64,000 nucleotides of DNA from an uncultured virus (IMG/VR IMGVR_UViG_3300007754_000006) (Duplodnaviria > Heunggongvirae > Uroviricota > Caudoviricetes): the IMG/VR virus record IMGVR_UViG_3300007754_000006. The stretch is one strand, 5' to 3'. The position numbers were made by a program, and so were the translations under genes. The notes under the pieces are model-generated. The model was not told where the DNA came from. It saw only the letters and a list, made by a program, of their open reading frames with translations, and did not search any database. Below, piece by piece: positions 18,845-27,705 of this stretch (its first letter is position 1; every line of letters begins with the position of its first letter).

Positions 18845-19973
18845 GCCGGCGCTCTGCGAGGGCCTTGCACTCCTCGTGGGCGTCCTGGATCATCATCTGC
18901 GAAGGCGGGGTTTTCTGGGTCGCCGCTGAGGGACCTCGAAGGCTTCCAACCAGACCCATCTCCCGTGCGACCTGCAGGTAGCGGATGGCGTCGATGACCA
19001 CGCCTGCTGAGTTGGGCGAGTCCTGCACTGAGAGACGCCCGTCGAAGATGACCGGAGCCCCTCCGAACCCAGTGGCCTCAAGGCGGAAGTGCGCCACCTT
19101 GTTGTCTCCGTGGAAGGCGATGTACGAGGAGGGCCCCGCGTAGATGCCGTTCTTCGGGACCGGAATCCCTCGGAGATCGTTCTGGCTCCGGATCACGTTC
19201 TCCTTGGAGACCTTCTTCGATGCCAGTCGGCTCTGGTCCATCATGTTCAGGAAGTCGGTGTTCCCGCCGTGGTTGGTCTGACAATGGAACCGGACGTCCA
19301 TCCCACGGTTGAAGAAGAGCTCCTGTAGCGCCTGGCTCAGAACCGAAGCCCCCAGCTGGGAGCGCATGTCGTCCCCGATTGCCGGGATCCCTGCCTTCTT
19401 CAGCTTCCCCTCCCAGAACGGGTCGGATACGATGAAGACGGGGATGCAGTTCACGAACGGAACCTTGGCCTTGAGACAGGCCTGCACGTAGAACCGGGTC
19501 GCCTCCTCTGACCCCACCGGGAGGTAGTTGAGGAGGACATCGATCTTGTTCTCGATCAGGTCGGCGACCACGTCGTTCAGGGAGGGCTCTGGATCCTTGG
19601 TCACACGGAAGCTCTCCTCCGCCGGGAAGTCCTCCATGTGCGAAGCCACGCCGTCGAGGAGCTTCCCTCGCTTGACCTCACACTCCCCCTCGATGACGGC
19701 ATCCAGGACTCCCTTGGGCGTCTGGCTCCAATCGGCCAGATCCATGGCGCAGTTGGGGTCGGCCCAAGCTGCCTTGGCCAGAGGACGCCCCACCTTCCGG
19801 GTGTCAATGTCGTAGGCCAGGCAGAACCGGATGTGAGCCGCCTTGTAGCCTCCGATGTCGGGGAAGGCCAGACCTGCGCTCTCGTCCGACTGCGCATAGA
19901 GAGCGACGCCTTCCACGAGGGACTTGGCGCAGTTGCCAACGCCGACGATGGCGACACGGATTTCAGACTTCAT
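18780..19973 (-). CDS. ino1: myo-inositol-1-phosphate synthase
   Basis: VAIVGVGNCAKSLV (NAD), NYLPVGSEEA, GDDMRSQLGA, GGNTDFLNM, SKKVSK, DSPNSAG. Confidence 0.95.
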   Translation of the reverse strand: MKSEIRVAIVGVGNCAKSLVEGVALYAQSDESAGLAFPDIGGYKAAHIRFCLAYDIDTRKVGRPLAKAAWADPNCAMDLADWSQTPKGVLDAVIEGECEVKRGKLLDGVASHMEDFPAEESFRVTKDPEPSLNDVVADLIENKIDVLLNYLPVGSEEATRFYVQACLKAKVPFVNCIPVFIVSDPFWEGKLKKAGIPAIGDDMRSQLGASVLSQALQELFFNRGMDVRFHCQTNHGGNTDFLNMMDQSRLASKKVSKENVIRSQNDLRGIPVPKNGIYAGPSSYIAFHGDNKVAHFRLEATGFGGAPVIFDGRLSVQDSPNSAGVVIDAIRYLQVAREMGLVGSLRGPSAATQKTPPSQMMIQDAHEECKALAERRLTDSLRAHNLLLESSASQLPS

Positions 19974-19982
19974 GGGATTTCC

Positions 19983-21221
19983 TCAGGAGAAGAGGGAGAA
20001 GATATCGGGAGGGGCGTCCACCGATACGTGGTGGGCGTTGTAGCGTTGGATACAGCGCTCCAGGAGCCCTACCAGGCGTCCTGCGGTGGCTTCGGGGGAG
20101 TAGTAGTCCCACGACGCGTCAGCAAGCTGGCGGCGCTGCTCGGAGCTAAACGCCCAGGTGTCCAGGAACCCAGGGAGGGTCTCGCAGAGAGGGCCCAGCT
20201 TGGGGGCGGGAACTCGAGTCAGCCCATTCCCCGGAGCGCATGCCTCTACGGTGGGGTGGACATCATGGGGGTGTCCAAGAATCACCGGAACACCACGGAG
20301 GTTCGCCTCCACACCAATGATCCCGAAGCTCTCGTCGGAGAACATCAGCAGGGCCTTCGATTTCCCGACGGCGTCCATGATCTCGGCGTGAGGCCGGCCC
20401 CACATGATGGTATGGTGGCTCCCAGCCGCGCGCTTGCAACTCTTCGCGTACTTCTCCGAGGACTCGTTCCCCGGCATCGTTGTGTACAAAGTGAGCTCGT
20501 GGTTCGATCCAGCCAGGGCTTTCAGACCCCAGTGGATCCTCTTGTGGGGGACCATCCGACAGACCATCACGAACCCGCGCTCTGTTTCCTGGACGGGAGG
20601 CCTCTCGGGGTTCGTGGAAATCGGCAGGTGTAGGACCTCGTTCAGGAACGCCTCGTTGTTCCGGGCGAGGAGCTCTTCGACGTCCTCGCCAATCTGGGGG
20701 CTCAGGCGGCTGGCCATCTTCCGACACTCGGTATGCCAGTTCTGCCGAGCCACGTCGGCGCAGGCAGCTACCGTGTGTCCTTCCTGGACCATCTTCCGGT
20801 AGCAGGCGGCGGAACCCAAGCGGGTGAAGAATCCCAGGGACTCCACAGGACTCAGGACCACGATTGTCGCCGGCCAGCTTCCCTTCAGGAGCATCTTGTA
20901 CAGGGACTGGTTGTCCATGTCCTCTACGAGGATGACGTCAGGGTCGATCTGCGGGATGACGTTCATCACCTCGAGGTTCCGCCCCCTGTTCCCCCGAGGC
21001 CCTCCTGCCGGGGCTACCTTCTTGGAGAGCGTGACCAACTTGTGGGTAGTCACCCCAGGGAACGGAAGATCCTCGGAGTCTCCGCCTGTGATGAAATGGA
21101 CCTCATGGCCAGACCGCCCAAGGAGCTCTGCGTGGAATCGCTCGGTGATCTCCCCGCCTCCAAGGATGACCCCGTCGTTCAGCTGAGGGTTCCAACGCTG
21201 GCCGATGACTGCGATCTTCAC
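19983..21221 (-). CDS. GT-B (GT4-like) glycosyltransferase
   Basis: GGGE, GHEVH, 'RMVPHKR', 'ESFGIIGVEANLRGVPVI'; GTG start overlaps upstream TGA. Confidence 0.85.
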   Translation of the reverse strand: MKIAVIGQRWNPQLNDGVILGGGEITERFHAELLGRSGHEVHFITGGDSEDLPFPGVTTHKLVTLSKKVAPAGGPRGNRGRNLEVMNVIPQIDPDVILVEDMDNQSLYKMLLKGSWPATIVVLSPVESLGFFTRLGSAACYRKMVQEGHTVAACADVARQNWHTECRKMASRLSPQIGEDVEELLARNNEAFLNEVLHLPISTNPERPPVQETERGFVMVCRMVPHKRIHWGLKALAGSNHELTLYTTMPGNESSEKYAKSCKRAAGSHHTIMWGRPHAEIMDAVGKSKALLMFSDESFGIIGVEANLRGVPVILGHPHDVHPTVEACAPGNGLTRVPAPKLGPLCETLPGFLDTWAFSSEQRRQLADASWDYYSPEATAGRLVGLLERCIQRYNAHHVSVDAPPDIFSLFS

Positions 21222-22471
21222 GACACTCTCCCTGCATAGCTGTGGTCCGCTTCGGAATCCAGCCAAGAGGGATGGCTCGACTGCTTGAACTTCAGCATCT
21301 TGACGGGGTCGTACTTCTTGATGAGAGCCTCTCGCTCTGCCTCGGGGATCTCCCCCCACTCACGGAGAACTCGAGCCACCGAAGCATCCCGTGTGGGAAC
21401 CAACCTCAATACCTGGTGGGCGTCTGGCTCTCTTGGGTAGATGAAGTGGGTGTTGAGATTGAGCCCGTAGTCGTACAGCACCCGGAAGTAGCTGGGACTG
21501 AACCCGAAGTTCCGCGCGTTGGGGCCCTTGGTCATGAAGGCAACGACATAGGGTCGCCAGTCGGGTTGGATGGGCCCTCCGTAATCTGCCCACTTGTCGC
21601 GGAGCATCTGGTACTGGGCGACCAACTCATTGGTGGTCCAGAACGTGAACTCCTTGATCTTGTGTGGGCCGTAGGCTGTCTTCCGGTACTCGCACTCAGC
21701 GGACTCCACGTTGTAGATGTCCACGTGGAAGGGGATACGGTCGTTGAGGAACTCCATCAGCTCGAGGGTCTTGCGCTCCATCAGCGCCACGTCATCCTTG
21801 GTGATCTTCCTCTTCCCCAGGCCTCCGCGACCGTCTGGAGGGTTCCGGGAGATGTCCAGCCTGTTGAACAGGTAGCAGAGGGAGTCGTACTGGGACCACG
21901 TCCCTGAGTCGTACAGCTGCTGGTCCCAATGGTCGATGTCCCAATCGAAGAACTCGTACAGGGTCTGCTGCGCCAACCAGGCCGTCATCCGACCGATGCC
22001 GTGTAGAGAACGGAGCTCTTCGTTGATGGCATCGAAGTTCTGCTTCCGGGTCCCGGTGTTGGCCAGGTTCCCGAAGTGCTCATACAAGGAGACACCCTTG
22101 TACTTCTTCTGGAGATCAGCGACAAACGCGGGCCATCGACGCACCCCCCACTTGGTGTCGTTCCCGTAGCACATCCGGAACCAGTTCTGGTTGTGCCATT
22201 CTGTGAGAGTCTCCGGAGACTCTTCCATGAGCTCGGGGAACAGCTGCATGGCCAGCATGGCCCAGTGGTTCCGGTAGCTCTGGCCGAACAGCAACGAGTA
22301 CAGGACCTTCTGCTCGTTGTCCAGGCCCATCTCTCCGGCGATCACCTTCCCAGAGTGGTGGTGATCCAGGTCCCCCTCCACCATCCGGACGTGAACCACT
22401 CGGGCGAACGCCTCGAGTCGGTTCTCCGGAAGGCGCCAATCCCGTCGGGTCTTGAGCTCGGGATACATCAT
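21218..22471 (-). CDS. amino acid:DNA transferase-like protein (aGPT-Pplase clade 2, HhH-GPD-like fold)
   Basis: 'LFGQSY..HW', 'WH..NW.R..YG.DTKW', 'NFD..NEELRSLHGIGRMTAWL', 'ES..CEYRK'; context of 5hmdU genes. Confidence 0.72.
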   Translation of the reverse strand: MMYPELKTRRDWRLPENRLEAFARVVHVRMVEGDLDHHHSGKVIAGEMGLDNEQKVLYSLLFGQSYRNHWAMLAMQLFPELMEESPETLTEWHNQNWFRMCYGNDTKWGVRRWPAFVADLQKKYKGVSLYEHFGNLANTGTRKQNFDAINEELRSLHGIGRMTAWLAQQTLYEFFDWDIDHWDQQLYDSGTWSQYDSLCYLFNRLDISRNPPDGRGGLGKRKITKDDVALMERKTLELMEFLNDRIPFHVDIYNVESAECEYRKTAYGPHKIKEFTFWTTNELVAQYQMLRDKWADYGGPIQPDWRPYVVAFMTKGPNARNFGFSPSYFRVLYDYGLNLNTHFIYPREPDAHQVLRLVPTRDASVARVLREWGEIPEAEREALIKKYDPVKMLKFKQSSHPSWLDSEADHSYAGRVS

Positions 22472-22475
22472 CTCG

Positions 22476-23018
22476 TCAATGAGAGAGCTCACGGACGGCC
22501 TCCTCAATCAGTTGAACGGAGCGCGGGTGGTCAGTGATGTCGTAGCGGACCGCGTGGCCGCCCGCCGCACGGAACTGCTCTACGTTTCCCGGTTGGTCAT
22601 CTATCAGAAGAGCGTCCGGCTGCGCAAACAGGGCCTTCTGCTCGCAGTTCTGCACCCCGTTGAATCGGGAGATCTGTCCGGTAACAAGAGCGAAGCGGAA
22701 GTGGGTGTTCAGCCAGTCCCGCTTCCCTGTATGGGCGGCGACCCCGAGGTCCTGTACATCGATGATCCCGTACGAGGTCAGGATCTCCACTGTGTGGCCC
22801 TGCGCGTTCCACTCCTCGATCTTTTCTCTCCAGAATAGCTTCTGGTTGGTGGGGAGCTTCCGGAAGAAGTCTGCCCCCTGAGAGTTCCGGAACTGACCGA
22901 AGACCTCGTTCCGCTTGTCCCAGTTCTCGAGAAGGAACCCCCGCGAGATACCGGACCATCTGGAGATGTAGCTGTCGGCGTCGGTGAGGACACCGTCCAT
23001 ATCCAAGTAGATCTTCAT
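22476..23018 (-). CDS. HAD 5'(3')-deoxyribonucleotidase-like phosphatase
   Basis: IYLDMDGVL, ILTS, GKRDW, LLIDD. Confidence 0.85.
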   Translation of the reverse strand: MKIYLDMDGVLTDADSYISRWSGISRGFLLENWDKRNEVFGQFRNSQGADFFRKLPTNQKLFWREKIEEWNAQGHTVEILTSYGIIDVQDLGVAAHTGKRDWLNTHFRFALVTGQISRFNGVQNCEQKALFAQPDALLIDDQPGNVEQFRAAGGHAVRYDITDHPRSVQLIEEAVRELSH

Positions 23019-23027
23019 GAAGACGTT

Positions 23028-23561
23028 TTACCGCGTCCCTCGAAAGATCGAAAGGACTTCTTGCACGCTTCTCAGGGGGTCCTGAGCGTCGTGTAGGACG
23101 CCGTGCCCCCCGGCCTCCGTAAACTCCAGCACGAGGCGCTCAGAGTCGTCCAGAAGAACCGCACCAGGGTGGGCGAACGCGGCCTTCCCCGCTCCATCCC
23201 TGACGACATTGACCTTGTTGTTGGGGATCTCCCCCCTGTAGAACTCACGGACCCAGTCGCGTTTCCCACGGCTCACTTCTCGAGCCCAGGCTTCTCGAAC
23301 CCCTCCTGTGGAGGAAAGGATCTGGACATCTGCCGACTTCTCGACTTCTGCAATGACCCGAAGGAACATGCTCCGATGTAGGACCGGGAGGGTCCGGAAC
23401 GCGACATAGGGGCCTGTGGTCTGAAGCCACTTCTCGTAGAGGGCGTCCGTCTCTGGCCTGTACGGCTTCCAGAACTCGTCAGGAACCTGGGCCCATCGAG
23501 TGAGGATGGTATGGAGGTCCGCCAAGACCCCGTCCATGTCCAGGTAGAGGATCCTCCTCAT
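23028..23561 (-). CDS. HAD 5'(3')-deoxyribonucleotidase-like phosphatase (paralog)
   Basis: LYLDMDGVL, ILSS, GKRDW, LLDD. Confidence 0.85.
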   Translation of the reverse strand: MRRILYLDMDGVLADLHTILTRWAQVPDEFWKPYRPETDALYEKWLQTTGPYVAFRTLPVLHRSMFLRVIAEVEKSADVQILSSTGGVREAWAREVSRGKRDWVREFYRGEIPNNKVNVVRDGAGKAAFAHPGAVLLDDSERLVLEFTEAGGHGVLHDAQDPLRSVQEVLSIFRGTR

Positions 23562-24298
23562 ACACGCCCCGCGAAGCCCGTGATCTCCGCAGCCACCTGC
23601 TCCGGAGTCATCCCCTCGACATTCAGATCCATGTAGCTCATGGGGACGTCGTCGGTGATGAATATGGCGGAGTTCGCGAACTCCCGACAGCGACGTGCGA
23701 AGTTCCGCTGCTTGGACTGGACGGTCTTCAGGTGCCCGGACTTATTGATGGTGTCCCCCTCTCCCGCGTTTGCCTCCCGCAACTGGCGCCGGCGAAGGGC
23801 CTCCTCATCGGAGATCTTCAGGAAGATACAACCCAAGCGAACCGGGGGAAGGGATGAGCTGATGGCGGGGGGCAGATGAGGGAACCTCTCCGTGTCCGCC
23901 GATACGATCTGCTGGTAGGTGCGATGGTAGCGTCCTCCGGGCAGGTAGTTCTCCTCGTCCGGCCTGATGAACTCCAGGTTGGGGTCCATCAGGGAAGCCA
24001 CGACCCGGCGCCACAGGTACATCTCTCCGTCCAGGAAGGTCACCTGGACCCGGACATCACGGAGGATGTGACGCTTCCAGTACTCGAGGCTCAGGAGGTT
24101 GGCGTGTCTCGCGACTCGGTCTCCTCCGTCCAGCATCGCATTCCGGTACTGGCCGATCAGCGCATAGGGTGGGGTGACGGTCCAGCGGACCTCGGTGTCC
24201 TCCAGCTGGAACAGAGAGGGAAGGGCAATCTTGCGGAGGGCCGTGGTCTTCCCTGCTCCGGGAACTCCAACGACCCAGACCACCTTGTGGGGTTCCAT
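23558..24298 (-). CDS. P-loop kinase of the thymidine-hypermodification type (putative 5-phosphomethyl-dU DNA kinase)
   Basis: VVGVPGAGKTT, 'IGQY....LDGGD', 'FLDGE', 'RR..RE' lid; heads the HAD-HAD-transferase operon. Confidence 0.7.
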   Translation of the reverse strand: MEPHKVVWVVGVPGAGKTTALRKIALPSLFQLEDTEVRWTVTPPYALIGQYRNAMLDGGDRVARHANLLSLEYWKRHILRDVRVQVTFLDGEMYLWRRVVASLMDPNLEFIRPDEENYLPGGRYHRTYQQIVSADTERFPHLPPAISSSLPPVRLGCIFLKISDEEALRRRQLREANAGEGDTINKSGHLKTVQSKQRNFARRCREFANSAIFITDDVPMSYMDLNVEGMTPEQVAAEITGFAGRV

Positions 24299-24357
24299 GG
24301 GCTCTCCAGTAGTCTCCCTATCCACAGGGGACTTTGTCTATGTTACCGGGACCAGAC

Positions 24358-24783
24358 ATGTCTTCACGTGCCAAGCTCCTTCGGGTCGCCTCCTCACTTC
24401 CTGTCGGCAATGAGAAGAGGCGGCGCATCCTGTCTGGTCTCCGCCCCCTTCCGGTCCCGCCCTCGAAGACTGCGTATGCTCAGCTGCTGACGATGTGCGC
24501 CGGGTCTTCTACGTGTCGGAAGGCGGTCGCCAAGGGGCTGCGGTTCCCCAATCTCCTGCTCAAGAGCTTCCACTCCTCGGTGGACGAGATCACCGACCAG
24601 ATCGCGGAGGGTGTCCTGACGCCCAAGCAGGCTCGGGTCTTCAATCAGCTGGAGAGCATCGTGCTGGGGATCTCTCGCGTGCCCACAGCCGCGCTGGAGA
24701 ACCTCGCGGACCTCATCGAAGGGATGTCCAATGAGGACGCCGAGGTCCTCATGATGGTGGCAAATCCCCGGGCGCGAACCTGA
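24358..24783 (+). CDS. hypothetical protein with shared N-terminal leader
   Basis: 'RAKLLRVASSLPVGNEKRRRILSGLR', matches ORF 11537. Confidence 0.65.
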   Translation: MSSRAKLLRVASSLPVGNEKRRRILSGLRPLPVPPSKTAYAQLLTMCAGSSTCRKAVAKGLRFPNLLLKSFHSSVDEITDQIAEGVLTPKQARVFNQLESIVLGISRVPTAALENLADLIEGMSNEDAEVLMMVANPRART

Positions 24784-25072
24784 ACGTTCGCTCTGCCAAG
24801 GGGTCCACCGGAATCGGCCCAGGCCCCGACCACTTCCGGACGAAGTCCTGGATCCCCTGGTAGTGGTGGGCCCAGAGGAACTCAGGCCTCTGTAGAACCA
24901 CCGCCATCGCTCGGAACATGTTCCCCTGGTTCCCCGTCGAGCCTACCTCCAAGAGTGTGGCGTAGTTGGCTGGGAGAAGAGAGAGGGAGTCCGGAACCCA
25001 GACCTTGACTCCCCGGATGGACGGGGGCTTGGACTCCGTGTTCAGCTCTGCGACCAGATATCCGATATGCAT
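24749..25072 (-). CDS. hypothetical protein
   Basis: TGATG coupling with dUTPase. Confidence 0.5.
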   Translation of the reverse strand: MHIGYLVAELNTESKPPSIRGVKVWVPDSLSLLPANYATLLEVGSTGNQGNMFRAMAVVLQRPEFLWAHHYQGIQDFVRKWSGPGPIPVDPLAERTFRFAPGDLPPS

Positions 25073-25851
25073 CACATCTTCCCCGATGAGCCAAACTTCC
25101 CTGAGCCCCGCTCCGTCACCTTGATATCCTCCTGTTCGATCTCCACCAAAGGGAGGCGCCAGTGGGGCATGAAGACGATCTGAGCGCACCTCTCCAGGGG
25201 CTGGATCTCGATGGGGATGTTGTGGTTGGTGTTCTGTAGGCAGAGCGGGAGGGAACCAGTGAAGTTGGAGTCCACGACCTGCGCGATGGGAATCAACCCG
25301 CGCTTCCCTCCTGAGGTACGGTTGCACACCAGCCCGTACCATCCATCAGGGATCTCGAACCCGAGGCCTGTCGGGACCATCGCGCGTTGGTGGGGTGGGA
25401 TCACCAGAGACTCCTCCGCGCACAGGCGAAGATCGAACCCTGCGTCTCCTGTATATGCTTGGGTGGGGATGGGGACTCCCAGACGCTTGGCCTCCTCGGT
25501 GCGGAAGATCTTCAAGGCAGGGCCCAACCTTGAGGTGTCTGGGAGGGCCTGGGTGTCTGGAAGAGGAGGAGCCTCTGGAGCCTTCGGGATGTAGGGCTCG
25601 GTCTGGGCGGACTCCATACCTCCCGTGATGACCCCCTCCGACCTCTCCGCAGCCATCTGACGCATGTGGGGGGAGGTTGCCTGATCTACCACGATGGTCC
25701 GGTTGGCATCTTCCATCCAGGCTTCGACATCCCGGGAGATGGATTCCGATTCTGCGAGGAGAAGTTCCTCCAGGGAGGCCCCTCCCCGCTCGAGGCGGAT
25801 CTGCTGTGCGCGCTGCAGAATCGCGCGCTCCTCATCAGTGAGTCTTGCCAT
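25072..25851 (-). CDS. dut: trimeric dUTPase with N-terminal extension
   Basis: DAGFDL, PTGL, RTS, VVDSNFTG, AQ, RGSGKFGSSG. Confidence 0.92.
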   Translation of the reverse strand: MARLTDEERAILQRAQQIRLERGGASLEELLLAESESISRDVEAWMEDANRTIVVDQATSPHMRQMAAERSEGVITGGMESAQTEPYIPKAPEAPPLPDTQALPDTSRLGPALKIFRTEEAKRLGVPIPTQAYTGDAGFDLRLCAEESLVIPPHQRAMVPTGLGFEIPDGWYGLVCNRTSGGKRGLIPIAQVVDSNFTGSLPLCLQNTNHNIPIEIQPLERCAQIVFMPHWRLPLVEIEQEDIKVTERGSGKFGSSGKM

Positions 25852-27647
25852 CAGAGTTCCGCCACGGTGCGGACGTAGGACTCCCAGAGCTTGGGCTGTT
25901 CCTGGGTCAGGAGGCGGATGGCCTCGGCGGACAGGATGCAAAGGCGGACGGCGCAGCCGGTCACGTTCTTGCCGTGAGCTCCGACAGGATAGTCCTTGTC
26001 CGTGATCGTGGTCTCGAGGATTTGATAGGAAGCCTCCATGTCCCGATAGACCTCATCGATATCCTGGTAAAAGATCAGCCCGACCTTGGAGTCCCCCTTC
26101 CGGTATCGCTCCCAGAGCATGTCCAGAACGGCGTCAAACCCCATGGTGTGGGCGTAGTGGTCCACGTCGGGAGGGTAGACCATCTGCATGTCTGGGGACT
26201 TGAGGAAGTCCGCGAACGCCTGGGGGTACATCTCTGCGATCAGCGTCAGGTACTTGCCCGCGTAGACACAGAGGTCGGCGATGGTGTCGAGGATGCTCTC
26301 GTCGGCCGTTCCCTGAGCACCGGCTGCCATGGCCACGATGCGGTCCCGCTTCCGGGTGATGTTGCTGAACATTCCCAGGACCTCGCCGTGCTTCTTCCAG
26401 CTGTCCCCATAGCTCTGGGTCTTCTTGAAGTGGAGCTCCTTGAGCACCGGGAAGATCATCTCGAGATTGATGCTCCTCTCCGGGCCGCGCCGGAGCCAGC
26501 GGAAGAACTCCCGCTCCTTCTCCTCGAAGTCGACCTTGTCCATGAAGCCTCCCTCGCGAACACGCTTCTGCCGACGGAAGAAGTCGATGGCTCCCATCCG
26601 AAGGTCCGAATCCGGGACGTGATTGAGTTTCTGGGCAAGGGCAGCAGCGAGATCCTCCTTGTCTCCGTCTTCCGGCCACATCTGATAGAAGCGGTAGATG
26701 CCCAACATGTTGATGCAGCTGAACAGGAAGGGGTCGGTGATCTCGTGGTCCTGGGCCCAAGGGAGAGCGCCTCCCTCAACCAACTGCGCCTCCACCCGGA
26801 AGAACTCTTCCATCGCCGGCCCAAAGTCCTCCCAGCACGTCTGGAACTCTGGAGACCCCCACCCTCCGTGGTACTCGTAGAGGGTCTGGGGACGGGCCTT
26901 GTCGACGATCTTCTGGGCCTTCTCGTAGTGGTAGTCGTACAGGTGGAAGCTGCTGGCCGTGTAGGCCATGGTGCCGATACCGACGCCGACCCAGTGGGCC
27001 ATCATCTGCTGGAGGACGGACCACTCGAACATGTTGATCCCGGAGAAGCCCCAGATGGCGTCGTTCGAGCGCACACCCACCGTCATGTTGAGCTTCCCGT
27101 CCCGGATCAGCCAGTGGATCCAGTTGTTGCACGGTGTGTCTTTGGTCTCACAGAAGTCCCGGGCCGGGTCAAAGATGATCATGACCGCCCGGCGGGAGTG
27201 TGGGTCCTCTCGTAAAAGACGGATGCACTCCCCAACCTGATCCAAAGTCGAGATGGGCCCCTCTGTGTGGTTCTGAAGGATCTCTTCGAGCTGCTCCTTG
27301 GTCACCAGCAGCTTCTCCGGGATGGCGGGCCACGCCCGCAACCGAGGACCGTAGCCGCCCCGCCAGACCTTGCCGTCGTCGGAGTAGTCGGGGGCTCGAG
27401 GCAGGTAGCGGGAGAGGAACTCCATGTCGTCCCGACCCGCGATGACCCAGAGGGTCTCGGCCAGCTGCGCGAAGATGTTCACTCCCCGGAACGGCGTGAT
27501 GATGACGCGCTCCTGGGGCCGTTCGATGTGAACCTGGTGCCCGTAGATCTCTCGGGTCTCCCCATTCCGCGAGGGGACCGTCGCTCCATTCGCGAGGAGC
27601 GCTGCGAGACTTTCAGTGAGGGCGGTCGTCAGATTCCGAGTGTGCAT
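25851..27647 (-). CDS. thymidylate synthase-family enzyme (probable dUMP hydroxymethylase) fused to Nmad1/DUF1599-like domain
   Basis: YGPRLR, SRRAV, KDTPCN, RSNDAIWG...N, SFHLY; C-terminal 'KKTQSYGDSW...KRDRI...ESILDTIADLCVYA'. Confidence 0.8.
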   Translation of the reverse strand: MHTRNLTTALTESLAALLANGATVPSRNGETREIYGHQVHIERPQERVIITPFRGVNIFAQLAETLWVIAGRDDMEFLSRYLPRAPDYSDDGKVWRGGYGPRLRAWPAIPEKLLVTKEQLEEILQNHTEGPISTLDQVGECIRLLREDPHSRRAVMIIFDPARDFCETKDTPCNNWIHWLIRDGKLNMTVGVRSNDAIWGFSGINMFEWSVLQQMMAHWVGVGIGTMAYTASSFHLYDYHYEKAQKIVDKARPQTLYEYHGGWGSPEFQTCWEDFGPAMEEFFRVEAQLVEGGALPWAQDHEITDPFLFSCINMLGIYRFYQMWPEDGDKEDLAAALAQKLNHVPDSDLRMGAIDFFRRQKRVREGGFMDKVDFEEKEREFFRWLRRGPERSINLEMIFPVLKELHFKKTQSYGDSWKKHGEVLGMFSNITRKRDRIVAMAAGAQGTADESILDTIADLCVYAGKYLTLIAEMYPQAFADFLKSPDMQMVYPPDVDHYAHTMGFDAVLDMLWERYRKGDSKVGLIFYQDIDEVYRDMEASYQILETTITDKDYPVGAHGKNVTGCAVRLCILSAEAIRLLTQEQPKLWESYVRTVAEL

Positions 27648-27705
27648 GGATCTCCCTGGATGCGTTCTCCAGGGAGTTTACCGCGCTCCTACAATCCGCG
27701 CCACC

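Noticed and set aside
25851..27647. dCMP hydroxymethylase with T4-like glucosylated hmC
   Set aside because: Specificity residue appears to be Asn, and the neighbours are dUTPase and 5hmdU kinases; not fully excluded without an assay
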